64,000 nt of DNA, taken from the NCBI RefSeq assembly GCF_055900595.2, contig NZ_CM148325.1. One strand, 5' to 3'. This document shows, one piece after another, positions 37,999-46,844 of this stretch. The stretch's first letter is position 1. The number at the start of each line of letters is the position of its first letter. The notes under the pieces were generated by a model, which had not been told where the DNA came from, ran no database searches, and saw nothing but the letters and a program-made list of their open reading frames with translations. The translations under genes and the position numbers were made by a program.

Positions 37999-38598
37999 TT
38001 ATACCAGAACAAACGTACTGCGCGGCTTGCCCAGAATATCCCGCACGGCGAAGCGGGCATCGCGCGCCAGATCGTCGGCGGTGCTTTCCTTCTGTTCCGC
38101 CAGTTTGCTGCCGTGGGCGGTGGCATCAAAGTTACGGTAGCGTTCCAGCAGGTTTGCGTGCGTCAGGCTGTACACCGCGTAGCGGTAGCGGTGCAGGTTA
38201 ACGCTTTCGCCGTCCAGCCGTTCGGTAGTAGTTTCCACAATGCCGGTTGTGCCACGGCTTTCCTGCTCCAGCCGCCATTCCCGCAGGTCGTCGTTCACGC
38301 TGGCCAGCGCAATCAGCAGCGCCTCGCGCAGCCGTTCGTTGGTGATGGTGCTGTCCAGCCGTTGGGTTGCACGCAGATGTTGCGTATCGATATTGGGAAA
38401 GAAAGGGTGGTTGCTGATAACCAGCCCCGGCAGACTGGCGGCGGGGGCAACCTGAATAAAGCTCATTATATTCTCCCTGTTCGGCGGTGGACGGCGGGCG
38501 TTGCAGTGGTAAAACCACGCGCGGCCAGCCGTGCCGCCGGTCGTGAGGGTCTCACTCGGTAGGCTGACTGTTGCGAATTTGTCGCTCCAGTTGCTCAA
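37999..38598 (-). CDS. L: Capsid completion protein L
   Basis: P2 order after M; true start may be the internal Met at about 38466 (MSFIQVAPAASLPG). Confidence 0.7.
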   Translation of the reverse strand: MSNWSDKFATVSLPSETLTTGGTAGRAWFYHCNARRPPPNRENIMSFIQVAPAASLPGLVISNHPFFPNIDTQHLRATQRLDSTITNERLREALLIALASVNDDLREWRLEQESRGTTGIVETTTERLDGESVNLHRYRYAVYSLTHANLLERYRNFDATAHGSKLAEQKESTADDLARDARFAVRDILGKPRSTFVLV

Positions 38599-39205
38599 TC
38601 AGCTTTTTCACGCCGACGTTCTCATCCAGTTGTAGCGCGCGCTGGAACTGCGCCAGCGCCTCCTGCGGCTGGCTTTCGCTGTGTGCCAGCCCCAATGCCT
38701 TGTGCAGGCGAGCGCGAACCTGATCCGGCATGTCCTGATCGGCTAACAGCCCGGCAAAGGCCAGCAGGCTGTCCAGCGCCGCAAAGGTACCGGCGGTAAG
38801 CTGTTTCAGGGTGGTGTCGGCGACCTCTTCAGCCACCATGCAGGCGGTCTGCCGCTGGTACTGATCCGGCGTTACCCAGCCGTGTTTCAGGGCGTGTTCC
38901 GCCATGGGGTAGGCAGCGGGAAAGTCGCCGGTATCCAGCGTCCAGAGCAGCACCGTCATAAACACATCGTCCTGCTGTTGGCTGTCGGCAGCCAGAACGC
39001 CGCTTACCCATGGCTGGTAATCGGGCAGCAGTTCACCCTTAACCTCGATTTTGCGTTCAATGGACTGGATCGCTTTCAGGCGGCGTTTATCGGTTGCCAG
39101 CTTTGCCAGCATCAGTTCATAGCCGCTGGCGTAGGTCTGATTTTCCTGTTGATTTGCGGCCTGCGCCTGATAGCGCAGCAGGTGGCGGCGGGCAGGCGTC
39201 ATCAT
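38552..39205 (-). CDS. M: Terminase small (endonuclease) subunit M
   Basis: 217-aa ORF between N and L in P2 order. Confidence 0.75.
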   Translation of the reverse strand: MMTPARRHLLRYQAQAANQQENQTYASGYELMLAKLATDKRRLKAIQSIERKIEVKGELLPDYQPWVSGVLAADSQQQDDVFMTVLLWTLDTGDFPAAYPMAEHALKHGWVTPDQYQRQTACMVAEEVADTTLKQLTAGTFAALDSLLAFAGLLADQDMPDQVRARLHKALGLAHSESQPQEALAQFQRALQLDENVGVKKLIEQLERQIRNSQPTE

Positions 39206-40221
39206 GCGTCTTTATCCTCAAACTTGATGTTTTCAAACAGGCAACCGCAGCCGAAGTCTTCCACCACAAAGGCATCGTTGGAAGACTCGAAGTTCTCTAC
39301 CCGGTCACGTTTGGGGTTATCAATAATGGCGCGGCGGCGGGTGCCTTTCTGGACATAGATAGACAGGTTACTGAAGGCGGTGACCAGAATGGTGTTGTGC
39401 GGGAAACCCGGCACGCGCACGGCAGGGCGACTGCCGATGGTTTTCTGGCTGACCAGAATCTGCCCCGCCAGTTTTTCGCTGTTCTCATTGTGCTGGTTGA
39501 GGATCGGGAAGTATTTGTCGTGCAGGACGCCACGGCCACAAATGGCGACCAGATCTGCGCCGTCGACATGCCATTCGTCAATCAGGTTTTCTTCGCCGTC
39601 ATTGACCATGGCGTCCAGATTCTCATAGTCGCCGCCTTTGCCAATGATGATTTTGCCGGAACCTTCCACACCTTCGTTCATGACGCGTTCCGGGGCGTGA
39701 TCGCGATACTGCTGCAGCCAGCCTTTGTTAACGTCCTGCAGAAGGGGGTAACGCTGGAAGTCGGTCTGGGCTGCAACGAGGATACCGTTGAAGCCAATCA
39801 GGATGCGGTCTAATCCCTGTCGCCGGGTGATGCTGTCGCGCACGCGGATCTGAAAATCTGGGTGGGCGGCCCATGCGTCCAGTTTGGCGTATTTCAGCGC
39901 GGTATCGTAGTTGGTTTTTTCGCAGCGGTAGCGGTTAGTCGTCATTGACGTGGGGTCGACGGGTTCACGTTCACGCTGACTGGTATCGGTACGACTGGCC
40001 GTGGGGCGATCAATGCCGATACCGACTTTTTCACCTTCCTGATCCACCACTTCATGGACGTTGATTTCGGTCAGGAATTCTACGGACGCCTGAATTTTGG
40101 TTTCCAGCGTCTGCTGTACGGAAGGTTCTACCGTGAATTCGACGGCGGCGCTCTGGACACCGGACAGCCCGGCGACGGTTTCAACGTAAGCGTTGTATTT
40201 TAAGCGGGTTTCGTTACGCAT
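39202..40221 (-). CDS. N: Major capsid protein N
   Basis: Extensive similarity to P2 gpN as recalled (MRNETRLKYNAY ... PAVRVPGFP ... NLSIY ... DRVENFES). Confidence 0.9.
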   Translation of the reverse strand: MRNETRLKYNAYVETVAGLSGVQSAAVEFTVEPSVQQTLETKIQASVEFLTEINVHEVVDQEGEKVGIGIDRPTASRTDTSQREREPVDPTSMTTNRYRCEKTNYDTALKYAKLDAWAAHPDFQIRVRDSITRRQGLDRILIGFNGILVAAQTDFQRYPLLQDVNKGWLQQYRDHAPERVMNEGVEGSGKIIIGKGGDYENLDAMVNDGEENLIDEWHVDGADLVAICGRGVLHDKYFPILNQHNENSEKLAGQILVSQKTIGSRPAVRVPGFPHNTILVTAFSNLSIYVQKGTRRRAIIDNPKRDRVENFESSNDAFVVEDFGCGCLFENIKFEDKDA

Positions 40222-40231
40222 CGGGGGTTCC

Positions 40232-41059
40232 TTAACAGTCGGTTTTCAGGTCGGTGTTGCCACCGGTGGCAGGCTGGCGCGGCGGTGTGGCCGGTTGTTT
40301 TGCAAGCTGAGTTTTCAGCGTGGAATAATCGGTCTGTAGCTGCTGATGCTGCGTTTGCAGCTCAGACAGCTCAGCGCGAATTTGGTCGACCTGTTCGCTA
40401 CAGAACGTCGCTACTTCCTCCACCGCCAGATGCACGTCGTCCCGTTGCTGGTCGTCGTGGTTCTGCTTTTTACTTAACAGCGCCTTGATGCGGGTAAACA
40501 GAGATTCGCCGCTGCTTTCCTCCACTTCTTCAAACTCCAGTTCAATCTCTTCTGCCACGCTGAAAATGTTCTCCGGCGAGCGTTTACGCGCCGCCAGCGG
40601 GTTGCTTTGCGCGCTGGCGCAGAAGGAGAGCATTTCGGTGCCGAGGCTGGCCGGATCGTCGGTGACCGCCAGCCCGACCAGATAGGCTTTGCCCGTGTCG
40701 GCAAATTTCGGATTGACTTCCACCGAGGTATAAACCTTCTGCCCTTTGCGGTTCATTTCGACCAGCGAATCCGTTGGGGCCAGACGCGCCAGCAGCGCCA
40801 GTTTGCCTTTCAGGGGACCGTCTTCGGCGATCTCTTCTTTCTTCACCATCGCCACGTCGCCGTAGCGCTGGAACGGGCCGTCCGGCAGGATGCCTTTCAG
40901 GTGCTCCAGATTAATGCGCGCGCCGTACACTTTTGGGCTGTATGTATCGGCCATTTGCTCGATCCACTGGCGTTCAATCGTGCGCTTGTCGCAGGTTGCG
41001 CCTTCTACGGCGATACGCACCCATTTAGAGAGCAGTTTTTTCTTTGGCTTTTTGTCCAT
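40232..41059 (-). CDS. O: Capsid scaffolding protein O
   Basis: 275-aa ORF divergent from the terminase gene, acidic C-terminal region; P2 order. Confidence 0.8.
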   Translation of the reverse strand: MDKKPKKKLLSKWVRIAVEGATCDKRTIERQWIEQMADTYSPKVYGARINLEHLKGILPDGPFQRYGDVAMVKKEEIAEDGPLKGKLALLARLAPTDSLVEMNRKGQKVYTSVEVNPKFADTGKAYLVGLAVTDDPASLGTEMLSFCASAQSNPLAARKRSPENIFSVAEEIELEFEEVEESSGESLFTRIKALLSKKQNHDDQQRDDVHLAVEEVATFCSEQVDQIRAELSELQTQHQQLQTDYSTLKTQLAKQPATPPRQPATGGNTDLKTDC

Positions 41060-41214
41060 AACGTTCAGTCCCGGCGTTGGCTAAATAAGCGAATGGTCGG
41101 GTAGTCCTCCGCTATCAGGCAACGGGCTTCGCTTGTAATCATCCGGGTTACAAGCGGCATTGCTACGCGCAGACAGCGGCTTGTTTACGCTGACGGCAGA
41201 AACGAGAGGACGTT

Positions 41215-42999
41215 ATGCCGCCAGACATCGAAAAACATCTGCTTGCCCTTCAGGACGAAGATCCACGCCGTAAAGCCCGCTATCTGTACTGGCAGGGTTT
41301 TCGCATTGCGCGGATCGCTGAACTATTGGGGGTGAAAGTTACCACGCTGCATAGCTGGAAGCGGCGCGATGGCTGGGACGAATCCGCCCCGCTGGAGCGG
41401 GTGACGGCGGTGACCGAAGCGCGGCTGATCCAGCTCACGGTGAAGGAAAATAAGGAGGGAAAGGATTTTAAGGAGATCGACCTGCTCTGGCGGCAGATGG
41501 AGCGCGGGGCAAGGGTTGAACGCTATCAGCAGGGGGGCAATGAGGTCGACCTGAACCCTGCTCTTGCGAAGCGTAACGCCGGGCCGCGCAGACAGCCGGA
41601 AACCAACCATATCAGCGAGGAGCAGGCGGAGAAGCTGAAACAGTTATTTCTGGACGGACTGTATCCGCACCAGAAACACTGGTACCGCGCCGGGCTGGAA
41701 CACCGTATCCGCGATATCAACAAGTCGCGCCAGATTGGGGCGACGATGTTCTTCGGGCGGGAAGGATTTATGGATGCGGTGGAGAGCGGGCGCAACCAGA
41801 TCTTTCTCTCGGCCTCCAAAGCGCAGGCGCACCAGTTCCGCCAGTACATTGTCGATTTTGCTCGTGAGGCGGATGTTGAGCTGAAGGGCGAAGTCATTCA
41901 CTTGCCGCATAATGATAGCCGGATGTATTTTCTCGGCACCAATGCCCGCACCGCCCAGACCTATCATGGCAACCTGTATCTGGATGAATACTTCTGGATA
42001 CACCGCTTTTTGGAACTGCGCCGTAACGCGGCGGGGATGGCCAGCCAGAAACGCTGGCGGCAGACCTACTTTTCCACACCGTCCAGCATTACCCACGAAG
42101 CCTATAAGTTCTGGACAGGGCAACTGTTCAACAAGGGCAGGCCGAAGAGCGAACAGATTCGACTGGATATCAGCCATCGGGCGCTGGCGGCGGGGCGTCT
42201 GTGTGAAGACGGCCAGTGGCGGCAAATCGTCACCGTTGAGGATGCCATCAATCAGGGTTATGACCTGTTCGACCTTGAGCAACTCAGGCTGGAGAACTCG
42301 CCGGAAGAGTTCGCCAACCTGTTTATGTGCCAGTTTATCGACGATACCGCATCGGTATTCCCACTAAGCATGTTGCAGGGTTGCATGGTCGATAGCTGGG
42401 AAGTCTGGGACGACTACAAGCCGTTTGCCCTGCGTCCGCTCGGCGAACGCTCGGTGTGGGTGGGGTACGATCCCGCATTAAGCGGTGACAGCGCCGGGTG
42501 CGTGATGGTCGCGCCGCCGGTCATTGAGGGCGGCAAGTTTCGGGTAATTGAAAAGCACCAGTGGCACGGGATGGACTTCGCGGCGCAGGCGGAAAATATC
42601 CGCAAAATTACCGAGCGCTATAACGTGACTTACATCGGTATTGACGTGACCGGCATCGGCCACGGCGTGCATCAACTGGTGAAACAGTTCTTCCCGGCAG
42701 TGCAGGCATTCTCTTATTCCCCAGAAGTGAAACAGCGTCTGGTGCTGAAAACGCTGGACGTTGTCCGTAAACGCCGACTGGAGTTTGACGCCGGATGGAC
42801 GGATCTGGCGCAGGCGTTTATGGCAATTCGCAAAACCCTGACTCCGTCCGGGCGTCAGGTGACCTTCGAGGCCAGCCGTTCGGAAGAAGTCTCCCACGCG
42901 GATCTGGCATGGGCGTGTATGCACGCCATTATCAATGAACCACTGGAAAGCTCCGGCGGCGCGAACAGCGGGCGGGGCTTAATTAAGGTGTACGGATGA
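41215..42999 (+). CDS. P: Terminase large (ATPase) subunit P
   Basis: 594-aa ORF with the terminase ATPase region (RQIGATMFFGREGF ... FLSASKAQA); divergent from O as in P2. Confidence 0.9.
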   Translation: MPPDIEKHLLALQDEDPRRKARYLYWQGFRIARIAELLGVKVTTLHSWKRRDGWDESAPLERVTAVTEARLIQLTVKENKEGKDFKEIDLLWRQMERGARVERYQQGGNEVDLNPALAKRNAGPRRQPETNHISEEQAEKLKQLFLDGLYPHQKHWYRAGLEHRIRDINKSRQIGATMFFGREGFMDAVESGRNQIFLSASKAQAHQFRQYIVDFAREADVELKGEVIHLPHNDSRMYFLGTNARTAQTYHGNLYLDEYFWIHRFLELRRNAAGMASQKRWRQTYFSTPSSITHEAYKFWTGQLFNKGRPKSEQIRLDISHRALAAGRLCEDGQWRQIVTVEDAINQGYDLFDLEQLRLENSPEEFANLFMCQFIDDTASVFPLSMLQGCMVDSWEVWDDYKPFALRPLGERSVWVGYDPALSGDSAGCVMVAPPVIEGGKFRVIEKHQWHGMDFAAQAENIRKITERYNVTYIGIDVTGIGHGVHQLVKQFFPAVQAFSYSPEVKQRLVLKTLDVVRKRRLEFDAGWTDLAQAFMAIRKTLTPSGRQVTFEASRSEEVSHADLAWACMHAIINEPLESSGGANSGRGLIKVYG

Positions 43000-43976
43000 A
43001 TAACTCAATGGCTTTCACCTTCGGTGAACCTGAAGCCCTGCTGGACAGGCGGGAAATACTGAACTATCTGGAGTGCGTGGACTTTGGCAAATGGTATGCG
43101 CCGCCGGTGGATTTTAATTCGCTGGCGCTGTCGTTCCGCGCTTCGGCGCATCATACCAGCCCGATCTGCGTGAAGCGCAACGTGCTGGTTGGTACCTTCA
43201 TACCTCATCCGTTGTTGACCCGGCAGGCGTTCAGCCGCCTTGCGCTGGACTATCTGGTATTCGGCAATGCCTATCTGGAGCGGCAGGATAACCGGCTGGG
43301 CCAGCCGTTAACGCTGGTGCCTGCGCTGGCGAAGTATGTCCGGCGCGGCAAGGCGCTGGACAGCTATTTCTTTGTTCAGCCCGGTAAAGTGGATCATGAG
43401 TTTGCGTCGGGCAGTATCGGCCACCTGCTGGAGCCGGATATCAATCAGGAAATCTACGGCCTGTCGGAATACCTCTCTGCGCTGAACGCGGCATGGCTGG
43501 ATAACTCCGCCACGCTGTTTCGCCGTCGTTACTACAAGAACGGCAGTCATGCCGGTTTCATCCTCTACCTGAGCGACCCGGCCCACAACGAGGCGGATAT
43601 TGGGGCGTTACAGGAAGCGCTAGCGAACAGCCGTGGCCCCGGCAACTTCCGCAATCTGCTGATGTATCTGCCGAACGGCAAGCCAGACAGCGTAAAGGTT
43701 ATCCCGATTGGCGAGGTGGCGGCGAAAGATAACTTCTCCGATATCAAGAGTGTCAGCCGTGACGACCAGTTAGCTGCGCACCGGGTACCACCTGCGCTCA
43801 TGGGCGTGGTACCGAGTAACGCCGGTGGCTTTGGTGATGCCATCAAAGCGGCGAAGGTATTCAACTGCAATGAGATCGAGCCGCTACAGGAACGGTTCAA
43901 GGAGCTGAACGACTGGCTGGGGCTGGAGGTTATTCGCTTCAAAAAGTACCGCCTTGCCGACGACGATTCAGAGTAA
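42996..43976 (+). CDS. Q: Portal protein Q
   Basis: 326-aa ORF overlapping the P stop by 4 nt; P2 P-Q operon arrangement. Confidence 0.85.
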   Translation: MNNSMAFTFGEPEALLDRREILNYLECVDFGKWYAPPVDFNSLALSFRASAHHTSPICVKRNVLVGTFIPHPLLTRQAFSRLALDYLVFGNAYLERQDNRLGQPLTLVPALAKYVRRGKALDSYFFVQPGKVDHEFASGSIGHLLEPDINQEIYGLSEYLSALNAAWLDNSATLFRRRYYKNGSHAGFILYLSDPAHNEADIGALQEALANSRGPGNFRNLLMYLPNGKPDSVKVIPIGEVAAKDNFSDIKSVSRDDQLAAHRVPPALMGVVPSNAGGFGDAIKAAKVFNCNEIEPLQERFKELNDWLGLEVIRFKKYRLADDDSE

Positions 43977-44011
43977 CCCCACCAACGACCAGCTCACTAT
44001 CAGAGCCACCA

Positions 44012-44035
44012 TGCGCCATTCAGCCCGCTTCCTGC
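44012..44035 (+). terminator. Rho-independent terminator after Q
   Basis: agcccgc-ttcct-gcgggct hairpin followed by TTTTT. Confidence 0.5.
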
Positions 44036-44295
44036 GGGCTTTTTTACGCCTTCTCACCGCCAGAATCCCCGGTCAGCACCGCCAGCGCGCGGTTGTGACC
44101 CCGCCACGCCTGCGCAGTAAATAGATCGCTTTTTTTGCACTGGTGCGTAAGCGTCGGAGCGGGCCATAACGGGAGGGCGTGGTCGGGTTGCAGTTGCAGC
44201 AGAATCATGCGGATTTATACGCCCTGTGTATGCGCCAGAGACGATCGGGAGGGCAATGCCACGATCCTTTCGGTATTTTTGGATCGCCTGTCGGG

Positions 44296-44580
44296 AAAAG
44301 GTAACCTCAGTAATTAGCAGTAAAAATAATGCTTATTCTATTGTTTATAAAAGAGAAATTTGGTTACCCCTAAAAGGTAATCTGAGGTAACCCAAAAGGT
44401 AACCTGTTTTATATTTTCATATAAATCATGATGTTACAAATTAGAAGACATCACTATTATAAAAGGTAACCTGATTACGCTTTGGTTACCAAAAGATTAC
44501 CTTTCTCTGTTTTTGAAAAATCCTTTTTATTCATTAAGTTATTTTGATTTTTCGTTGCAGGTTACTAAGGTTACCTTTTT
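44296..44580. repeat. Iteron-like array of about 9 copies of AAAAGGTAACC (both orientations)
   Basis: Copies at about 44296, 44362, 44373, 44385, 44395, 44461, 44484, 44491 and 44569, in an AT-rich non-coding region between the cos-proximal end and attR. Confidence 0.5.
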
Positions 44581-44728
44581 CCGAAGTCCCCACGGACTTT
44601 GGTATATATAGATAGGTTAAAAAGTAGCCGTTATGTTTGCCAGCTATTTACTTCCCATTCTTCCACTGGCCAGCATGTTAATATGCCCGGTAATGATAAC
44701 TAGTTGCCATTGGGTTACTTTCTTCTGT

Positions 44729-44755
44729 GGACGGTAAAACTGACGGTAAATTGGG
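44729..44755. promoter_or_regulatory. Tandem GACGGTAAA motifs: putative integrase arm-type sites (right arm)
   Basis: gacggtaaa at 44730-44738 and 44742-44750, the same motif as beside int at the left end. Confidence 0.4.
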
Positions 44756-44812
44756 TTGTGGGTCTCGATTTAGATTAGTAAAATCAAGTGATTAAGTCGA
44801 CTGTAGATAATC

Positions 44813-44826
44813 GAGTGGGAATGATT
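44813..44826. repeat. attR core (direct repeat GAGTGGGAATGATT)
   Basis: Exact copy of 9809-9822; followed by what looks like the displaced native guaA terminator. Confidence 0.55.
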
Positions 44827-44852
44827 TGATCCCTGCACTATGAATTAGCAAA

Positions 44853-44879
44853 ACCCTCTGTTACTACAGAGGGTTTTTT
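44853..44879. terminator. Bidirectional rho-independent terminator (displaced native guaA terminator, also serving yfgI)
   Basis: accctctg-ttactac-agagggt hairpin with flanking T/A runs, between attR and the 3' end of yfgI. Confidence 0.5.
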
Positions 44880-44917
44880 ATACTCACGAATCATAGGATT
44901 GAAGTTACTGACATCGC

Positions 44918-45457
44918 TTAGTTAAACCAGCTGTCCGATTTGTTTTCTTCTGCTTTGCCCACGCTTTTCATCAGATCGCGACCGCCTTCAGTCATATTCC
45001 TGTTTGCGTCAGCTTCAGATTGCACCACATCGGTTTGCGCAGCTTTGTGCTTCAGTTCCTGATCGATAAATTCGTTTTCTCGCTTAACGCGGGCTTCTTC
45101 TTTCGCCAGCGCCAGTTTTTGTTTCTGAATCTCTAAGCTGCGTAGCTCATCTTCATAACTTTGATCGCGTTTCTTGTCCGCAGTGGCTTCGGCGTCCAGT
45201 TTATCCTGACGAGCTTTCTTATTCGCCGCTGCCGTTGCCGCTCTTTTATTAGCCGCGGCCTGGGCGTTTGCGCGACGTTGCTTCTCTTGCTGGATTTCCC
45301 TGTTGCGCTCCGCGACCCATTCGTCATGCTGCCTTTGCTCTTCGTTTTTACCTTGCTGTTCCGCTTCTGCGACAGCAGAGAGTTGATCCTGCAATGATGA
45401 GGCGATAGCCGGATAGCTTAAGGAGGCTAAGATGGCGCAAAGAAAAACTTTCTTCAT
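44918..45457 (-). CDS. yfgI: YfgI-like secreted coiled-coil protein
   Basis: 179-aa ORF with signal peptide MKKVFLCAILASLSYPAIA and a Lys/Ala/Glu/Gln-rich body; position matches K-12 yfgI (recalled). Confidence 0.75.
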   Translation of the reverse strand: MKKVFLCAILASLSYPAIASSLQDQLSAVAEAEQQGKNEEQRQHDEWVAERNREIQQEKQRRANAQAAANKRAATAAANKKARQDKLDAEATADKKRDQSYEDELRSLEIQKQKLALAKEEARVKRENEFIDQELKHKAAQTDVVQSEADANRNMTEGGRDLMKSVGKAEENKSDSWFN

Positions 45458-45472
45458 GACTCCTCCTGATTA

Positions 45473-45991
45473 TTAGCTCTTTTCAGGACATTTGGTATTT
45501 GGCTGAATACGCGTTTCGTTATACGTCGTGGTAATAACAACGGCTAAACCTGTCGTAAACTGGCACTCTTTACCCACCTGGGTGGAGGTATACACTTTGG
45601 TGCCTTCCTTATACGTTAGAGAAACACCTTCCACTAAGGTTTTATCATTCACCATAGAACCTGCTGCCGCGCCAACAGCTCCGCCGCCAACTGCACCTGC
45701 CGTCGTTCCGGAATTGCTGCCAGACCCCACGTTGTGGCCGATAACACCGCCAGCGACTGCACCAATAAGCGCGCCGAAGGCTTGTGCGTTTCGTTTATTT
45801 TGGGAGTTGTCTACGGCAACTTTTGCGGGAAGAATGGAAATAATATTAACGGTTTTAGTTTCTTGTTTGGTATTCAGTTGATCGGTTTGATAAACATCGG
45901 CGGCATGATCATCAGCATTTGACTGGCATCCTGCCAGAGTGAATGACGCTAACATTGCCACAGGCAGAAGACATTTTTTAAATTTCATCAC
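45473..45991 (-). CDS. yfgH: Glycine-zipper outer-membrane lipoprotein YfgH-like
   Basis: Lipobox LAGC and glycine-zipper region GALIGAVAGGVIGHNVGSG ... GAVGGGAVGAAAG. Confidence 0.75.
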   Translation of the reverse strand: MMKFKKCLLPVAMLASFTLAGCQSNADDHAADVYQTDQLNTKQETKTVNIISILPAKVAVDNSQNKRNAQAFGALIGAVAGGVIGHNVGSGSNSGTTAGAVGGGAVGAAAGSMVNDKTLVEGVSLTYKEGTKVYTSTQVGKECQFTTGLAVVITTTYNETRIQPNTKCPEKS

Positions 45992-46301
45992 TATTCCTTG
46001 TTATACACATTACGAAAAATAAGACATTTAAGATCATCAAAAGAGGAAAGTAAATGTATTGCGTATAAAGGAATAGATTAAATTTATTAAAATTCATGTG
46101 GAAAATAATTTATAAAAATACATCATTAAAACATATGTATTAATTTTATATTTATTTCGCAGCCAAACAGGATAAACATCAGTCAGGACAAAGACGTAAA
46201 ATTTAAGATGAAAGAATATCTGCCGCTTTGATAATCTCAAAGAGCAACTGCATCCGACAGCGAGGTGCCGTTATGTTCAGTGAAGGTGGAGAAGGTAACC
46301 G

Positions 46302-46493
46302 CTAACGTTGTACCGGTGATTCGACGGAGAGTGTGGATTGTTGAGCTTCTTTTTTGCTCTGATGGTGCTGCCAGGCACCGACGGACGAGTAGATAAAGCG
46401 GCCAAAGAAGAAGATAAAGCTGATGAGCAGTACGATACGGGTCATGCGACTGTTAAATCGGTGTCGTTTTCGCATACTGGTTGCCTGACTCAC
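46302..46493 (-). CDS. yfgG: Small membrane protein YfgG-like
   Basis: 63-aa ORF with one TM helix (IVLLISFIFFFGRFIY), at the K-12 yfgG position. Confidence 0.55.
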   Translation of the reverse strand: MSQATSMRKRHRFNSRMTRIVLLISFIFFFGRFIYSSVGAWQHHQSKKEAQQSTLSVESPVQR

Positions 46494-46844
46494 AAAAGGT
46501 TCCTTGAAGTATGTCCCACATCGTGGACGGTACTTACATTAAGGCACACCAGGACAAAATGGTCAATTCTTCATTATGTAAAAAAGCGTCAGTGGATACA
46601 TATTTTAATGTTATGGAAGTTAATTTAATTATTTACAGTGATGATGTAATAATGATGAATTAACATGATAAACGTAATAATTCATTAATCAGGGTTATTT
46701 TGTTTGATATATATCAATTGGAACTTTCATATGACACTTAGAATCAATGCTCTCTATAGTGATGAATAATCATCATTCGAAGTCAGGTGGGATGCCTGTC
46801 TGAATACACCTCCTTCAGGATGTGGGGGATTCTGCTGAGCATCT

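Larger units (their letters stand above)
9809..44826. mobile_element. P2-like (Peduovirinae) prophage with P4/HP1-like integration-replication module, inserted at the guaA 3' end
   Basis: Bounded by the 14-bp direct repeat GAGTGGGAATGATT. Contains integrase, AlpA, primase-helicase, Ogr, and a complete P2-order set of capsid, lysis and tail genes. K-12 has guaA directly followed by yfgI (recalled). Confidence 0.85.

Noticed and set aside
44135-44317. 60-aa ORF in the GC-rich region after Q
   Set aside because: Lies in the presumed cos/att non-coding region and has no RBS or conservation signal; more likely non-coding packaging DNA.
44296-44580. Possible CRISPR array suggested by the repeated GGTAACC-containing motif
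   Set aside because: Repeat unit is only about 11 bp, occurs in both orientations with irregular spacing, and there are no cas genes; it fits protein-binding iterons, not CRISPR.
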